Shown: one piece after another, positions 36,312 to 49,689 of the stretch
How the letters are laid out: every line of letters begins with the position of its first letter
How positions within the stretch are numbered: position 1 is the first letter of the stretch
NCBI GenBank assembly: GCA_949358305.1
Contig: OX442314.1
Span: 22,754,001 to 22,818,000, forward strand
Direction of reading: 5' to 3'
DNA length: 64,000 nucleotides
Origin: Strigamia acuminata
Lineage: Eukaryota
Position numbers and translations under genes: made by a program
The notes under the pieces: model-generated
The model's input: the letters and a program-made list of their open reading frames with translations, nothing else
Told to the model about the DNA's origin: nothing
Databases searched by the model: none

Positions 36312-38384
36312 TGAATCGATGTTGCAACAAAATAAAGAGAAAAACCCATGAGTGTGTGAACGGGCAATGAGTGTTGGGGAAATTCGGATCAATGGGTTTT
36401 TTTTTTTAATTTTTTTTGGTTTTTTTTGGTTTTTGGAAGTTTGAATTGATGACACTTGAAGCGATTTGTAGGTTGACGAAAGCCCATTACCGAGAAGGTC
36501 GGTTTGTAAATAAATATGAGTTTTGGCGTCGGTAAAGAGCGAGCAACACGGATTGAGTTGCTATGGTAATGTCCCGATCTTGTCGTTCGTCAGTTGACGA
36601 CGTGACTCCAATCTGATGAAGCAAGAAATCCAATTTGGTCGACTGCTTGTGCACGTCACTCATGTATAAGGAATATTGGTGCATGTTTAGTGTACCCGCG
36701 AGATGCGATGCCATTGAATGTCGACTCGAGGATTGTTTTGGATGCGCAGCGAGCGAAACTTCATTTTGTCCATTATGGCGTGAACAAACGAAATTGCTGC
36801 GGCGATCACTTGGGACAATGAAAAGTTTTTATTTTTCGGAGGAACTACGGTCGTAAAGATCGTGGAGTTTGCAGTAATTTTGTTTGCTTTTTCGACTGGT
36901 GGTTTAATCACATTTCAATATTTATCGCGTTGGATTGGAGTTGCCAATTCGCTTCGGCGAGTTGAAAGGAATTTAAGATTTTGGTTGCTGTTGGCAATGG
37001 GATATTTTTTTAAAAATATTTTTATAAATTTTTTTTTTTGTTGGTGTTTGGACTTAAACATGGAGGGTGGGAGCGTAGTGGTTTTTATTTCGAGGAAAAA
37101 AATGGAAGTTTTCGGTAGGAGTTTGTGTTAATTAGATATTTAGGTGGGGAATAATTGATGGGTTTATGGTGGAGTGACGTCACTACTTGTTGGGAGATTT
37201 GCGAGTTGTAATTCGGAATGGTTTGGGGCGTTTTGAATATGTTTTTGTCGAAACTAGTCTGTTGCACTTGGGAGGATTTGAAATGGAGAAAATCGTGTAT
37301 TATGCAGGTGTGTCGAGATGTAGGCGGTCGATAATGCACTGGCCATATTGATAGAAGGTATTTTAAGCGAAAGGGGAGTCGACGACGTTTTTAAACATTT
37401 CACGCCCTCTGTTGCGAGGAAATGTATTTATTTATATATTTTTTGTTTCAGTGGGGATGTTATCGGATACTATAAAGATTCGAATTGTCGCGTTTGTTCA
37501 AGTAGATGTTTTTTAAAGAAGATTAAATGCCCGGGCGTTTATTCGGAGCTTTATGGTAGTTGGTGTCGGGGATGTAGTTTGGTGTTTTTGGAACGCGAGA
37601 GTAAATTTATTTAGATTTGTGGACAATTGGATTTGGTCCGCCGCTTTGGTCGGGCCGCCATGACGCAGCCGGCTCGATTAAATAAGTTCTGGGGGCTTGA
37701 TTGTTTATTTGGGGGCTCGAATATGTCGTAGATTGGTTTGTAATGGATTGTACATAGGAAATGGAGTGGTGGGTTTTTAAGTAGTTGTAGATATTTTAGA
37801 TTTTTTGACGCTTTATGTTTATTTTGACAGTTTGAATTTACTCGATGTTTAGGCATAGGAGGTAGTGTTTGTCTCTGTTAGTGTCTGGTGAAATTTGGAG
37901 CGGTGCCACCGATGCGAGAATTTAAAACCGCAATGCGACTCGATTTTTAACGGGTTTACTTTTAGAATTATTTACGCTCAATGGCCTTCGTGTCAATATT
38001 TTTTTTTTTTTTTAATTTGGTTTTTGTTGTTTTTTGGGTTTTTTTTTTCGATTTATGGGTTTGAGTTTGATGCGCGTGGGTTTTTGGGGTTAGGAAAGTT
38101 TTTGTTGGGTTTAAAATTGTTAAATTTTTTTGATATTTCGGAAATGGCACGTCTTGTGTGATGGATTATCCAAGAATAGTTTCTTAGTGTGCCGTTGGGA
38201 TGCTATTTTTATTATGGTTGGAAATTGAGCTGCAGAAATGTGTGTGCAATCAGTTAAAGTTTTTTTTTTTTTCTTTTTTTTTGAATTTAATTTTATATTT
38301 AATTTTTTTGGGGGTGTGGGTTTTTCTTTGTATATTTTGTTGATTTTGATTTGGTTTATATTTGCCTTGTGTTGTTTGTGGTAA

Positions 38385-38558
<174 letters not shown>

Positions 38559-38744
38559 TAAAAAAAAAAATTTGGAAGAAAAAAAATGAAAAGATGTTGG
38601 ATCTATGAAAAATGTATTTTAAAAGTAGATTTGGGAAGGGGATGTGGGATTTGGTGCAATAAATGTTGAAAAGCAACGTTGAATGGTGTTTATTTGTGCA
38701 TTGAGAGGTGTTTTGAGGGTACGAGAATGTAAAATGTGTGTTAA

Positions 38745-38927
<183 letters not shown>

Positions 38928-39688
38928 TGATAAAAATTTAAAATATTTTTATTATTGTATATTTTGTCGAGATTTTTTTTTTAAATTTATAGTTTGATTT
39001 TAGTTTAAGTGTATGATTTTAGAGTTTTTTATTATTATCTTTAAAAAAAAAGAATGAAAGTATTAGTTTTTAATGTTAAGAAATTATCTATGTACACATA
39101 TATTTGCTGTTGTGATTTTCCTTACGTTTTCATAACGTACATTTAACACGTTTTCCACTAACTGCGGTTTTGCTTTATGTTGCTTAAGTCGCCCAGCACT
39201 TATAATTTTTTTATTTTTTAATAGAAAAAATTTTAAATTTTGTTTTTGATTTGGTTTTGAGTTTAAATCGTTTGGTTTTGAATATTTGATTACGTATATA
39301 TTATTTTTTGATTTGGAATTTTTTTTACCAATTTGTTTGGTTTGAAGTAATTTGAAAAATTTGAATCGAAAGAAAATAAGATAAAAAAAAAAAATAAAAA
39401 AATTTCCTTGCATCAAAAACTACTATTTTGATGGACGCATTTTTTCCTTTATTTTTGAACTCCTTTCCCACTTATGTTTTTGTTTTTCATCTACCATCCA
39501 CCACACGTCCTCACCGACCCTTTTTTGTTCTGTTTGATCTGCTTTTTATTTTTGTTTTAACTTACTAACACAAATCTTCTCTCCTTTCTTTAAACGAAAA
39601 ATCCTCCTCTCACAAACCCTCGCTTTCTTCTGTCCCGTTTGCTCCCCCTCCTCTTGCTGTTTATTTGCATTATATTCACCCCCTTTAG

Positions 39689-39947
39689 GACTATCCAAAG
39701 GTGTTGGCTTTATCCGATTTGACCAAAGAGTGGAAGCTGAACGAGCGATCCAGAAGCTGCACGGAACGATCCCGGACGGCGCCGCCGAACCAATCACTGT
39801 CAAGTTTGCCAACAACCCGAGCAACAACGCCAAGGCAATACCCCCACTAGCCGCCTATCTGTCCCCGCAAAGACGTTTTGGCGGTCCCATCCATCATCCG
39901 ACAGGCCGCTTCAGGTACATTCCTCTAACCCAGGTCCCACAAGCCAG
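39689..39947 (+). CDS. elav: ELAV core coding exon 4 (RRM2 end and hinge) with two alternative donors (ends at 39914 or 39947)
   Basis: (G)[53 protein letters not shown](R)[[10 protein letters not shown](R)]. Donors CAG|GTACAT and CAG|GTACTT are both phase 2. Confidence 0.95.
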
Positions 39948-40074
39948 GTACTTTGATCACATACTTCCATTTTGCTATTTATTCGTCCTTGGTTTGGTTT
40001 TATTTAATTCTCTTATCTTTACTTTGTATGATTTGGATTTATTGGAATTTCCGTTTTTCCGTCTTTAGTTGCAG

Positions 40075-40110
40075 GTTTTGTTGAATTTATTGTTGAATCT
40101 TTTACTCGCG
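40075..40110 (+). other. elav: Candidate stop-containing (poison) cassette exon in the ELAV hinge
   Basis: ttgcAG acceptor and G|GTAAGT donor, 36 nt. In the phase-2 frame it reads R-F-C-stop (TGA 40082-40084). Confidence 0.4.
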
Positions 40111-40823
40111 GTAAGTTGTGCACCCGGGAGAAAGAAAGAAAGAAATATAGAAAGAAAGAAAGAATGAAGTAAAGAATTAAGGAAGGAAGGAAGGTTTGAG
40201 GTTTTTTTTTCTTCTCTTGGAGATGGTTCGGATTTTCGCTGCTTTTTGGTGGGGTTGGGAATTTGCGAGTGTTTGGTGGTGGTTTGGGAGTGCTAACGGA
40301 CGAATATGTAGAATGGAATGGTGTGTCGATGGGAAACTGAAATGAAAAGGTGGTTTTTTTGTTGTTGGTTTGAAAATAAATTTTCATTTCAGTTTTCAGC
40401 GCCCCCTACTTGTATTTTATTTAGGTTTATCTAGTCAAGTGATGATTGCATGTGTTTTTTTGGTTTTTTTAAAAGAAAAAGTTTAAAAATTAGTTGCGGT
40501 TTGTTTGTTTGATTTCTTCTTTTTTTTTAATTTTTGTTTATAAAGTATTTAATTTAAGCTAGTTTGTTAATTTAAAAAAATTAATTTTATTGGTTAAAAT
40601 TCCATTTTTTTTGCATTTATTGTTTCATCCATCCCTCCGCTTTATTTTCTGTCCTGAACGTTTTGATTTTAAGTTTGCATGTAATTGCCACGACGCGACG
40701 TTAAAAATAATTTGATTTAGTTATTTGGTTTTATTTTTTATTTTATTTTTTTTTATTTTTTTTAAAAAAAAAAATGATTGATTTTTGGATTTTATTTTTA
40801 TATTTTTTGTAAATTTTTTATAG

Positions 40824-40865
40824 TTCTGGTAAAGCCGTGGCAACTGTAAGCAGGGCAGTTCAGAG
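40824..40865 (+). CDS. elav: ELAV hinge microexon (42 nt), (S)SGKAVATVSRAVQ(R)
   Basis: tttatAG / GTCAGT boundaries, phase 2-2, frame-preserving, and a GC-richer island in a U-rich intron. Resembles the insect ELAV hinge insert STGKAMLAINKGLQR as recalled. Confidence 0.8.
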
Positions 40866-41909
40866 GTCAGTAATTTGATTTTTCGTTTTTTATTACTTTT
40901 AAGTTATTTTTTACATTATTATTATTATTATTTCCAACATTTTGGTTTAGTTTAAAAATTATTTTATTATTTGTTTTTATTTTTTTATTTTTTATATTTT
41001 TGTTTTCTCTGATCTGCGACTTACACTTCAATTTGCTTTTCCACCTTTCCGCTTTTGCATTTTTGTTTTTAATTAATTTCTGTAGTGACTGTAGTAGGCC
41101 TTCTCGTAGTTTTATCATTTGAATATAAATGTGTTAATAAAATACGGGCAAACTGGTCTTTCAGAAGTGTTGGGGTTTTAAGTTGTGTTTAAATGCTAAT
41201 AGTTTGTGCCGTTTTTCTTTTTCCATCGTTTTGGTTCGTTTTGTTTTTGAATACTAAAAAGAAAAGCGGTGCACGAATTTTTTATTGGTTAATATTATAT
41301 AGAATATAATATAATATATAAAAAACAAGAAGAAAGAAAGAAAAACTTTTATTTTTTTGGGCGTGGGTTAATTAAGAGAATTCCGACGTGGTTTGATAAT
41401 AATTAAAAGAAAAACCGACAACGGTTTTTGAGCAACCTCGGATGGGTCCGTGACGACAGACCCACCAATCTATTCTTTTCCCCATTTTTCTTTCCTCTCT
41501 ATGAAAAATAATAAAAATATATAATTAAAAAAAATAATCCCCTCGAGCTGAGTGCGAATTTAAAAAAAAAAGTAATCGGAACGACTGGTTTGTAACGTTT
41601 AGCGCTTTAACAGTGGTCACGTTATTTATTCACGCTAATTGGATATATTTTTTATTTCGTAAAAAAAATATATATGTATAGAGACCGTATACACTGTATT
41701 TCGAACGTATTCGAAAATTGTATATTATATTTTTTCTTTAAAAAGATTTATTTATTTATTTTTCTTTATTTGTTTTAATTTTTATTTATTATTATGGTTT
41801 TTTGTTTTTGTTTAGACATATATTATTTTTTTTATGTTTATTATTATTCTTATGATTTTTTTTATGATTTTTTTGTACCTAACGGTAAATGTTTGACGTT
41901 GTGCGATAA

Positions 41910-42242
<333 letters not shown>

Positions 42243-45200
42243 AGAGGTTTGGGAAGACGAGCCTGTCCGTTGCACCGTCCTATGCCCATAATTTATCATT
42301 TATCTTCGTTTTTTCATTTGGTTTTCACTTTGGTTTCTTTTTTGTGTTTTTGCGTTTTTTGTTTTCGGTTAATTTTTTGTTTTTTTTGTTTTTTTAATTT
42401 AATTAATTTTTTCTTTTCGAATTTTGTGTTTAATTTCGTGGAAATTTTAAAAATTTAGTTTTGAGTTTTTAAAATTTGATTTGGTTTTTTAAAACGTAAA
42501 AAAAAAACAACTAAGGGACAAAAAGTCTCCCTCCTTCTTACCTTGTTGTTTTTTTTAGGAAGGCGGGAGCGAGGGAGATTTAGCCCTCTTAAAAAAAAAA
42601 TGGGCTCCAACGGCGGACATCGGTCAGGCTCACAGACCCCGTGGGCTCAAGCGAGCAGAGTTAAAATTTTTCTAGTCAAATAACTTGAAAAGAAAAAAAA
42701 ACTGAGCGAACTTGTACTTATGGTCACGTGACATGGAACTTTGATATATTTTTTGTCTCTTGTTCTCATCGTTAAGTGGTTTTTTGAAAAGCGACTTCGA
42801 ATGAATTGGGAGCGACGGCGACATCTGCGTTAGCGGCACATTTACATGGCGCGTGGCATTTGTCGCTGCCTCCAAGTCTGTATTTGTGGAGAGTATTATT
42901 AATTAATCATCAAGTAGTTGTTTAAGAAAAAAAAACAAAAATGGAAAATGGACCGGTGTTCCATGAAAATAGAATGGAACCAATTTGTTTTTTGAATTTG
43001 GTTTATATCGTATGTCGATTGCGAATTTTTTTTTTTAAATTTGAGTTATAATTTGTTAATTATAATTTTTTTTTGTCTTTTTTTTTGTTTTTTTTTTGGT
43101 TGGTTGTTTATGTTAATTTTTAATTGAGGGTTTGATGTTAAAGTGACACTAAATCTGAATTTATGATAATTTTTATTTTAATTGTTTTTTTGTTTGATGA
43201 TTTTTGTTTTGATTGGATTCATCCATGCAGAAGATGTGGATTATCTTGTGTTCGAATTTGGAACTTATTTTTTAGTGTCACATGGATTTAAAAATAATTT
43301 TATGACCCTCGAGATTGGGATTTAAAAGGATTTTTGAAATTTTAAAAAAAATAATTTTTTTTTAAGAGAAAAAAAAATTTTTTCTTTTGTTTCAAATTTT
43401 TGAAAAAATTTGAGCATATTTTGCAAAAGAATTCTTTATATTATTAGAAAGATGCTTATTTTTTTGTCATTGGTTTAGTAGCCAGGAGCTGAGTTACTAT
43501 TTAGTTATGTTTTTATTTTATTGATCTAATTTTTCTCTTTTCTCTTTCATGTTAGTGACATTATTTTTGTCTTGTATTATTTTGAGTGTTTGCTTTTGTT
43601 TATTTCCCTATATAGGTCTGCATAAGTATTCACTTATTTTAGGTTTAGCAAGTTGCTGCTGTATGCTTTATTTCCCCGTTTAGTTTAATTATTTTTTTCC
43701 TTTGATTTAATTACGTTACAAGTATTTAATTTTAAATTTTTTTGGGTTTTTGAATTTATTTAACATTTAGGTTTAAGTTACTTAGGTTTAAAAAAAAAGT
43801 TTGCATTTGTGTTTTTTTTTTTTTCTTTTGATTAAATTTGATTTAATTGGACATTTTTTTTGTTTTGTTTTGTTTATTATTTTCATTTTATTTGGTTTGA
43901 GTTTTAATTTCTGATTTTTAAATTTTTTGGTTTTATTTTTTATTTTTATTTTTTAATTTTATGATTATTTATTTATTTCTTATGATTTTTTTTTATTATT
44001 TATGATTTTTTTTTCAAAATTGTTGAAATTGGAAATTGAATAACCCAAAAACAATTACAGCAAAGCTAAAATCCATATACTTAGCTCACTGATTATTTGT
44101 GTTCACTACTCCCCCACCACATTCCATGAGACAATTCAGGATGGTATTGAACGCGCAAAATTTTATTGAAGTTTTAAAGATAAAAAAAATAAAAGCCCAG
44201 TCATAAATAATACATCAACTTCCACTTGGTATATTTTTATAAAAAGTTAATAAAAAAAGAAACTAAATACAGAAATCATTCCTATAATATGTCGGTAGCT
44301 AATGTTGGAAGAGATTGCGGTATAGAGGAGGATAAAAGAGAAAAATTTGGGTAGCAAGTGGTTACTTAATGATCTTCCAGTGAATTTTGGTTAAAAAAAA
44401 TGTCAGGAAAATGGAATTTTTTCATATTAAAGGTCACTTGTATATAATTAACAATATAGAAATACAAAGCTAGTCAACCAAAAAGAAAATACCATTTTTG
44501 ATAAAATTTATCATGATGTTAAAGCCAAACCTCAAAGGTTGAAGATATTAAGGGAAAAACAAATTTTTAAAACTTATTTAATATTAATAACTTATTATTA
44601 CTATTATTATTATAAGATTTTTTTTGGAATTTAAAAAAAAAAGGATTATATAAAAAGTATAATTTGAAAAAAGTATTAATTTGACCATTCCTTTAAAAAG
44701 ACAAACATTCCTGAAAACTTTTTTCTTTCTTGAAAAGTTAAGACAGTTAAAGAAAAGTCAAAGTGATATTTTTAAAAAGACATTTAAAACAAAAATTGGG
44801 TATGTTTTAAAAAGAATTGATTTAAAATTTAAAATTTTTTTCTTTCTTTTTGCTTGTCAGTGTGTCTGTATATGGTTTTTGTGTTTTTTGCTCTGAATTT
44901 TGATGCCCATTGAAAATTTTTACTGCAGTAAAAATGAAAAAATTTTTAAAAAAATATGAAAAAATATATATATATATATATCTTATTATATACTAAGCAA
45001 ATCTAGTCATGGACTTTTGTGTCCTATTGGGCAGGAAGGGGAGGGATAGCGCGAATGAAAATGGCTACTCGAATAAATAGGAAAAAAAACCCCTTCCATC
45101 AAGTTTGAGGCTGGCTTGATACAAAAAATACTGAAATGTATTTTATGAAGTTGTTTGATGCTGCAGAATTATTTAAAAAAGATTGTTTCTGCTAATATTT

Positions 45201-46950
45201 AAAGATGGCAAAGATGTCTGCTAAGCCTAGTTAATAATATTTCTCGGATGCAATTTTTTGTCAAAATGTAAAAACAGAAGAAAAACAAAAAAAAAATGGC
45301 AAATTTGGCTTTGCTTGACTTATTTGGGATATTTGGATGGAATTTGTAAAATATTTAATAAGCACACGGGAAGAAGAAAAAATCAAATTGATTTTCTAGA
45401 GAAAACAATGGAGAGTAATGGTAGCTAGATAAATAGTCCACCCCCACAAGTAGACATTTTGAGCTGTAGAAACAAAAAGGTTTTTAGTAGTTTTCACTTT
45501 TAAGAAAAAAGTGTAAAAATATTTTTGACGTTCCAGTGAATTGTCTCTGCAGCACAGCCATGTTGAATGGCGTATTAAAAAATAAAAATATAAAAAAAAA
45601 ATATTGAGGCGGGAAATCCCAAATCTTCCTCAAAATGATGCAATAATTTATTGTTCCATGATTAAGGAGTTAAGAAATTTAAATTAAGAGAAGAGAAAAT
45701 CCCATTTCCCCTGAAAAAAAGATTAATTTTTCTATTTATTAGTGTCTCCAAAGAGAGAGAAAAGAAATCTTGAAGAAAATCTTTTAGAATTATGGAAAAA
45801 TCTTTCACTCCTTTTTTTTCTTAGACATTGTTGCATGGTCTTGGCTCAACTTTTTTCAATTGTGAAGCTAGTCTTGTATCTATACAAAATATATACTCAG
45901 TTTTCGTGTCTCAGTTTAGTGTGAAATTTTACTACTTAAAAAAAAAAAAAGAATCTTTATCCTTAAATGTGTTACCCCTTTTTCTCTATCTCTCATCCAT
46001 TTTATTTGAACGTCCAAATATTTCTTTATTGAATTTATTAATTATTAATAATAATAAAAAAAAAAAAATAAGAAAAGTTTGCAGGCCAGTTGAAGAAGTA
46101 AACTTTGAAAACTGATCTCTTTTTAAGTGTAAATAGTGAATTTTTCTTTAAAAGAACAAAAAAAAAAGTAACTACTTAATTGTGTAAACCCATGCCCTCA
46201 AAGTGTTTGATTATTTATTTATTATCTAATGATTTTTGTCATTGGTGTCATTTTCTCACGTTAACCCTTTTTAATAGGTAAAAAAAAATATTTTCTCTTT
46301 TTATTTATTCTCTTTAAATTAACTTAATTACTAACCTCTAAGTTGATGTTGATCCTTGTAGTCTGATGGATTACTTTTAGCCAATCGTGTAGTTTTTTGC
46401 TTATTGTGGAAATTTGTGTGACACACTTTTGTTCATCTTTGATGAGTATCTCTCATATGGAAAAAAAAGAAACAACAACTAGGGAATGAATTTTTTTTAT
46501 TAATTTGATTACAATTTCCTGGCCCAAATGCCCCCTTTCCCTCAGAATCTCTTAAAAAAAAAAAGACGAAAAATATTTCTTGAGTGTTCTATTTCAGATC
46601 TCTTTCTTCAAAGCCCAGTTTGAGATTACCAATGATGAGATTGTGTACATTTTACAAATTAATTTATTTGTCAAAAGAAAAGATGATAAAAAAAATAACA
46701 GCCGGCTGTTGTACGTTTTTTTCCGAGGTAGTTTGGTTGTATTGCAATATTTGTACTTTTCCATGTTGACTACTTATACAATAAATTATTCTGAAACTTA
46801 AGTTCTTTTCGCTTTACCCTATTGCAGTTTTACAGTCTTGTAGGTGCATCCAAAAAGTTCTTTTTCTTTTGTTTTATTTTGTTTTATTCAAAAAATACAT
46901 GGAATTTGATGATAATTTGTAATAAAGCTAAGTAGGTGGCTGCAATGTCT
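42243..46950 (+). other. elav: Probable long U/AU-rich 3' UTR of ELAV (3' end uncertain)
   Basis: Extended T-rich and AT-rich tracts with no coding signal. Several AATAAA sites (e.g. 44188, 44249, 45072, 46921). Confidence 0.45.
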
Positions 46951-49689
46951 GGAAATCAGTAATTTTCCTTATTAGCACATTAACATTATCAATTAATGCT
47001 GTTGTAGGACGTTAAGGGAAACACCACTGCTCATCAGTTGCCATTTTCCTTGTCTAACTTTTCTAGTTGAAAAATTTTGTAGCTAAATTTATGATTTCCA
47101 GTCTGTGTGGTTTCTTTGTCTACTAAATCAACACTGGGAGATTTTTTTTTTTTTTTAATATTTTTTTTATTTTTTTATTTTTTTATTCTGACTTGCATAC
47201 TGAAGAAAATTGGTTCGAATTACATGGCAATATGGCTGCCTAGTTACCATTGTGGCTGCAGATTGTTCGCTTAGAGCTACAGAAATAAGAAAGGCTGCTT
47301 TCAGGCTTGATTTAAAGAGTTCTTAGAAATCTTTGTAAACTTTAACCAAATAGTTAAAAAGGTTTCTAAACTGTCCTGAAAATACTAGAATTTCGGCGCA
47401 ATCAAAAACGAAACATTCAAAAATGGAGCAGAAAAAGTCGTGTTTTAGGCGTTTGTTGTTATTGTTGTTTTGGTGTCTTTTAACATCACAAAACGCGATC
47501 GCGTAAAACACTTGGAACTGTTTCCGGTGTTTCTGTTTAGTTTTTCAATTAATTTTTTTCGAATTTGGGCAGTCGTTGGGGGTGTGTGGGGAAAACTGTT
47601 TAGTTTGGGGGGGAGGTTCGAAAGGGCTGATTTAGCAATTTATTTTTGAAAATATTGACTGAAATTCGAGTCATGTTTCATCAACAGACCAGCAGTATGT
47701 TTGGCGGTTGCACTGTCATTCCAATTATTTTTCTTTCAGGTGTATATGACAATTTAATAGAAATTGTTGAATAATTTTTGTTTACTTATTGAATGCATCT
47801 AATTCGAGCATGCTTGCTTTATCTTCATTGCGGGGAATTTCCTAATTATCATACTGTTATAACAAGACTTAACAACTCCTTTATTTTTACTCGGAATTAA
47901 ATTCTAACAACTTTATATCTGGCGTGTTAAATTCTCACTCTACCACCCAGTACAGTGAGGGTTTCCATGCCGGCGAAACAAAAGTCGATTCCTAATGTGA
48001 AGCGAGGTATACTTGGCCATTTATTAATTCTGCAAGCAATGAATCGGTTGCACGATGAAAGAAAATGGGGCAGAGAATAGTGTTGCAACGTTATAATAAT
48101 AATAATAAAAATCTAAAATCCAAAAAAGAACCACTGAAGGAAAAATGAATGCAAATTTTGATGTTGATTTAAAAAAGAAAAATGGAAGCTCACTATTTCG
48201 CCTTTTAGTTTTTGTTGATGGAGAGAAAAATGTAAATTGAAATGGTGTCGGTAGTTAAGAAACGTGAAACTGGATGCACTTTTCGATGCATTTAATTGAA
48301 ATATTGACGCAATGGCGTTGTAAATGAAAGCCGGGGATTTTGGTCGTTAGCACTTGGAAATAATCCGTTTGAAAAGCTCTCAATTTTGCGAACGAGGCGA
48401 ACACATTTTGAGTTGTGATGCAATTTTTCTTTATTCATAAGCTATAGTATTCAAATCGCACGGCCAGAAACGTTGGTTGAACGGATGGATTACTTTCTCC
48501 TGGCAGTAGGCAATTGACACAAGTGCTACCGCCTGAAATCAATAGGACGTTGGACTTGGTTGCTAGGGGATTCGTTCACGTTTTCAAGTTCGTCTGTGAC
48601 TTAAAGTGAGACCGATGCTCGTAAAATTCAACTGCATTTTACTTTTTATGTCCACTTATTTGCGAAACAAACCTTTGTTGATGGATTACATTGGTCCAGA
48701 AGTGTAATGGCGACCATCTAGGAGTAAAGGGGCTTTTTTTAGTATTCAATTTATCGATGGGTTTATGAATTAAAGGGTTGGCAAGCAGGAAAACATGGAG
48801 GATACACGTATTAATGATTAATGAATGTGGATTTTCTTTTTTAAGTGTAACGTTAGGGTGTGTAAATTTAAAACAAAATGGGATTGCAGGACTAGTGGTC
48901 GGTTTTGTGTTGTAAATTGACCGATTTATGAGTTGGTAACGTGACAGGTAGTTCAAATAAAACGACGCAAATAAGACTAATTTGAACAGTTACAATAATA
49001 ATTTAATAAACTAATGGGGAAAATTAAGGCAACATAGAAAGTGAATTATTGTAGACATTTTTTCGGTTTAAAAAGCATCTTTAATGCTAATTTAATGAAA
49101 TTATTTTCTAGTTTCTTATTAAATTCGGGCAACTGTTAGTTTAAACGCTCAATATCGTTTAGATTTAATCTCGTTAGTTCGGACCTAAATGTTGGAATAA
49201 AACATGAAAGTTAGTCATTGCAGAATACATTATAATGAAAATAAATATTTAACTAAAAATAAAATTTACCCAAAACCCTAAATAAAAGATATGGAAATTT
49301 TAAACGAGCATAACTGCGTGTTTAGAAGCTTTTTTTAACTAATAAAAAAAAATATTTTTTTTTCTTTTTATATTTTTATAAAACAAACATGCAAAAATGA
49401 CTGGGAAAACTTTATTTTTTTATTAAAAAAAAAATAATACGGAGTAATAATTTTGGTTCGGTAACTACGGTGAATTGTGGATAGCCCCGTTTTTATTTTA
49501 TTATTATTTTAATAAGTTAATAACATTTTCTGTTTCCATTACCAGGAAAACTAATCGTTAAACTTCTCCCCTTTACGTTTTTATTTTATTTTTTAACACG
49601 TTATTTACTTAATAATGCAGTAAATTTCAGTTGACGAAATGGGACCGGGTGGAATATTTAATTTATTCCAACAATCTTCTCTTCTGCAG

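Noticed and set aside
39081..39200. Extra microexon in the RRM2 intron (ACTAAC near 39157, several TGC motifs, ~106-nt AG-free zone, AG at 39187-88)
   Set aside because: Looks like an acceptor but no usable donor follows, and the frame would stop after VAQHL. Too weak to call without junction reads.
39455..40335. Long-range pairing between the C/U-rich tract before exon 4 and the G/A-rich tract after it
   Set aside because: The complementarity is compositional only; no long contiguous helix was found by eye.
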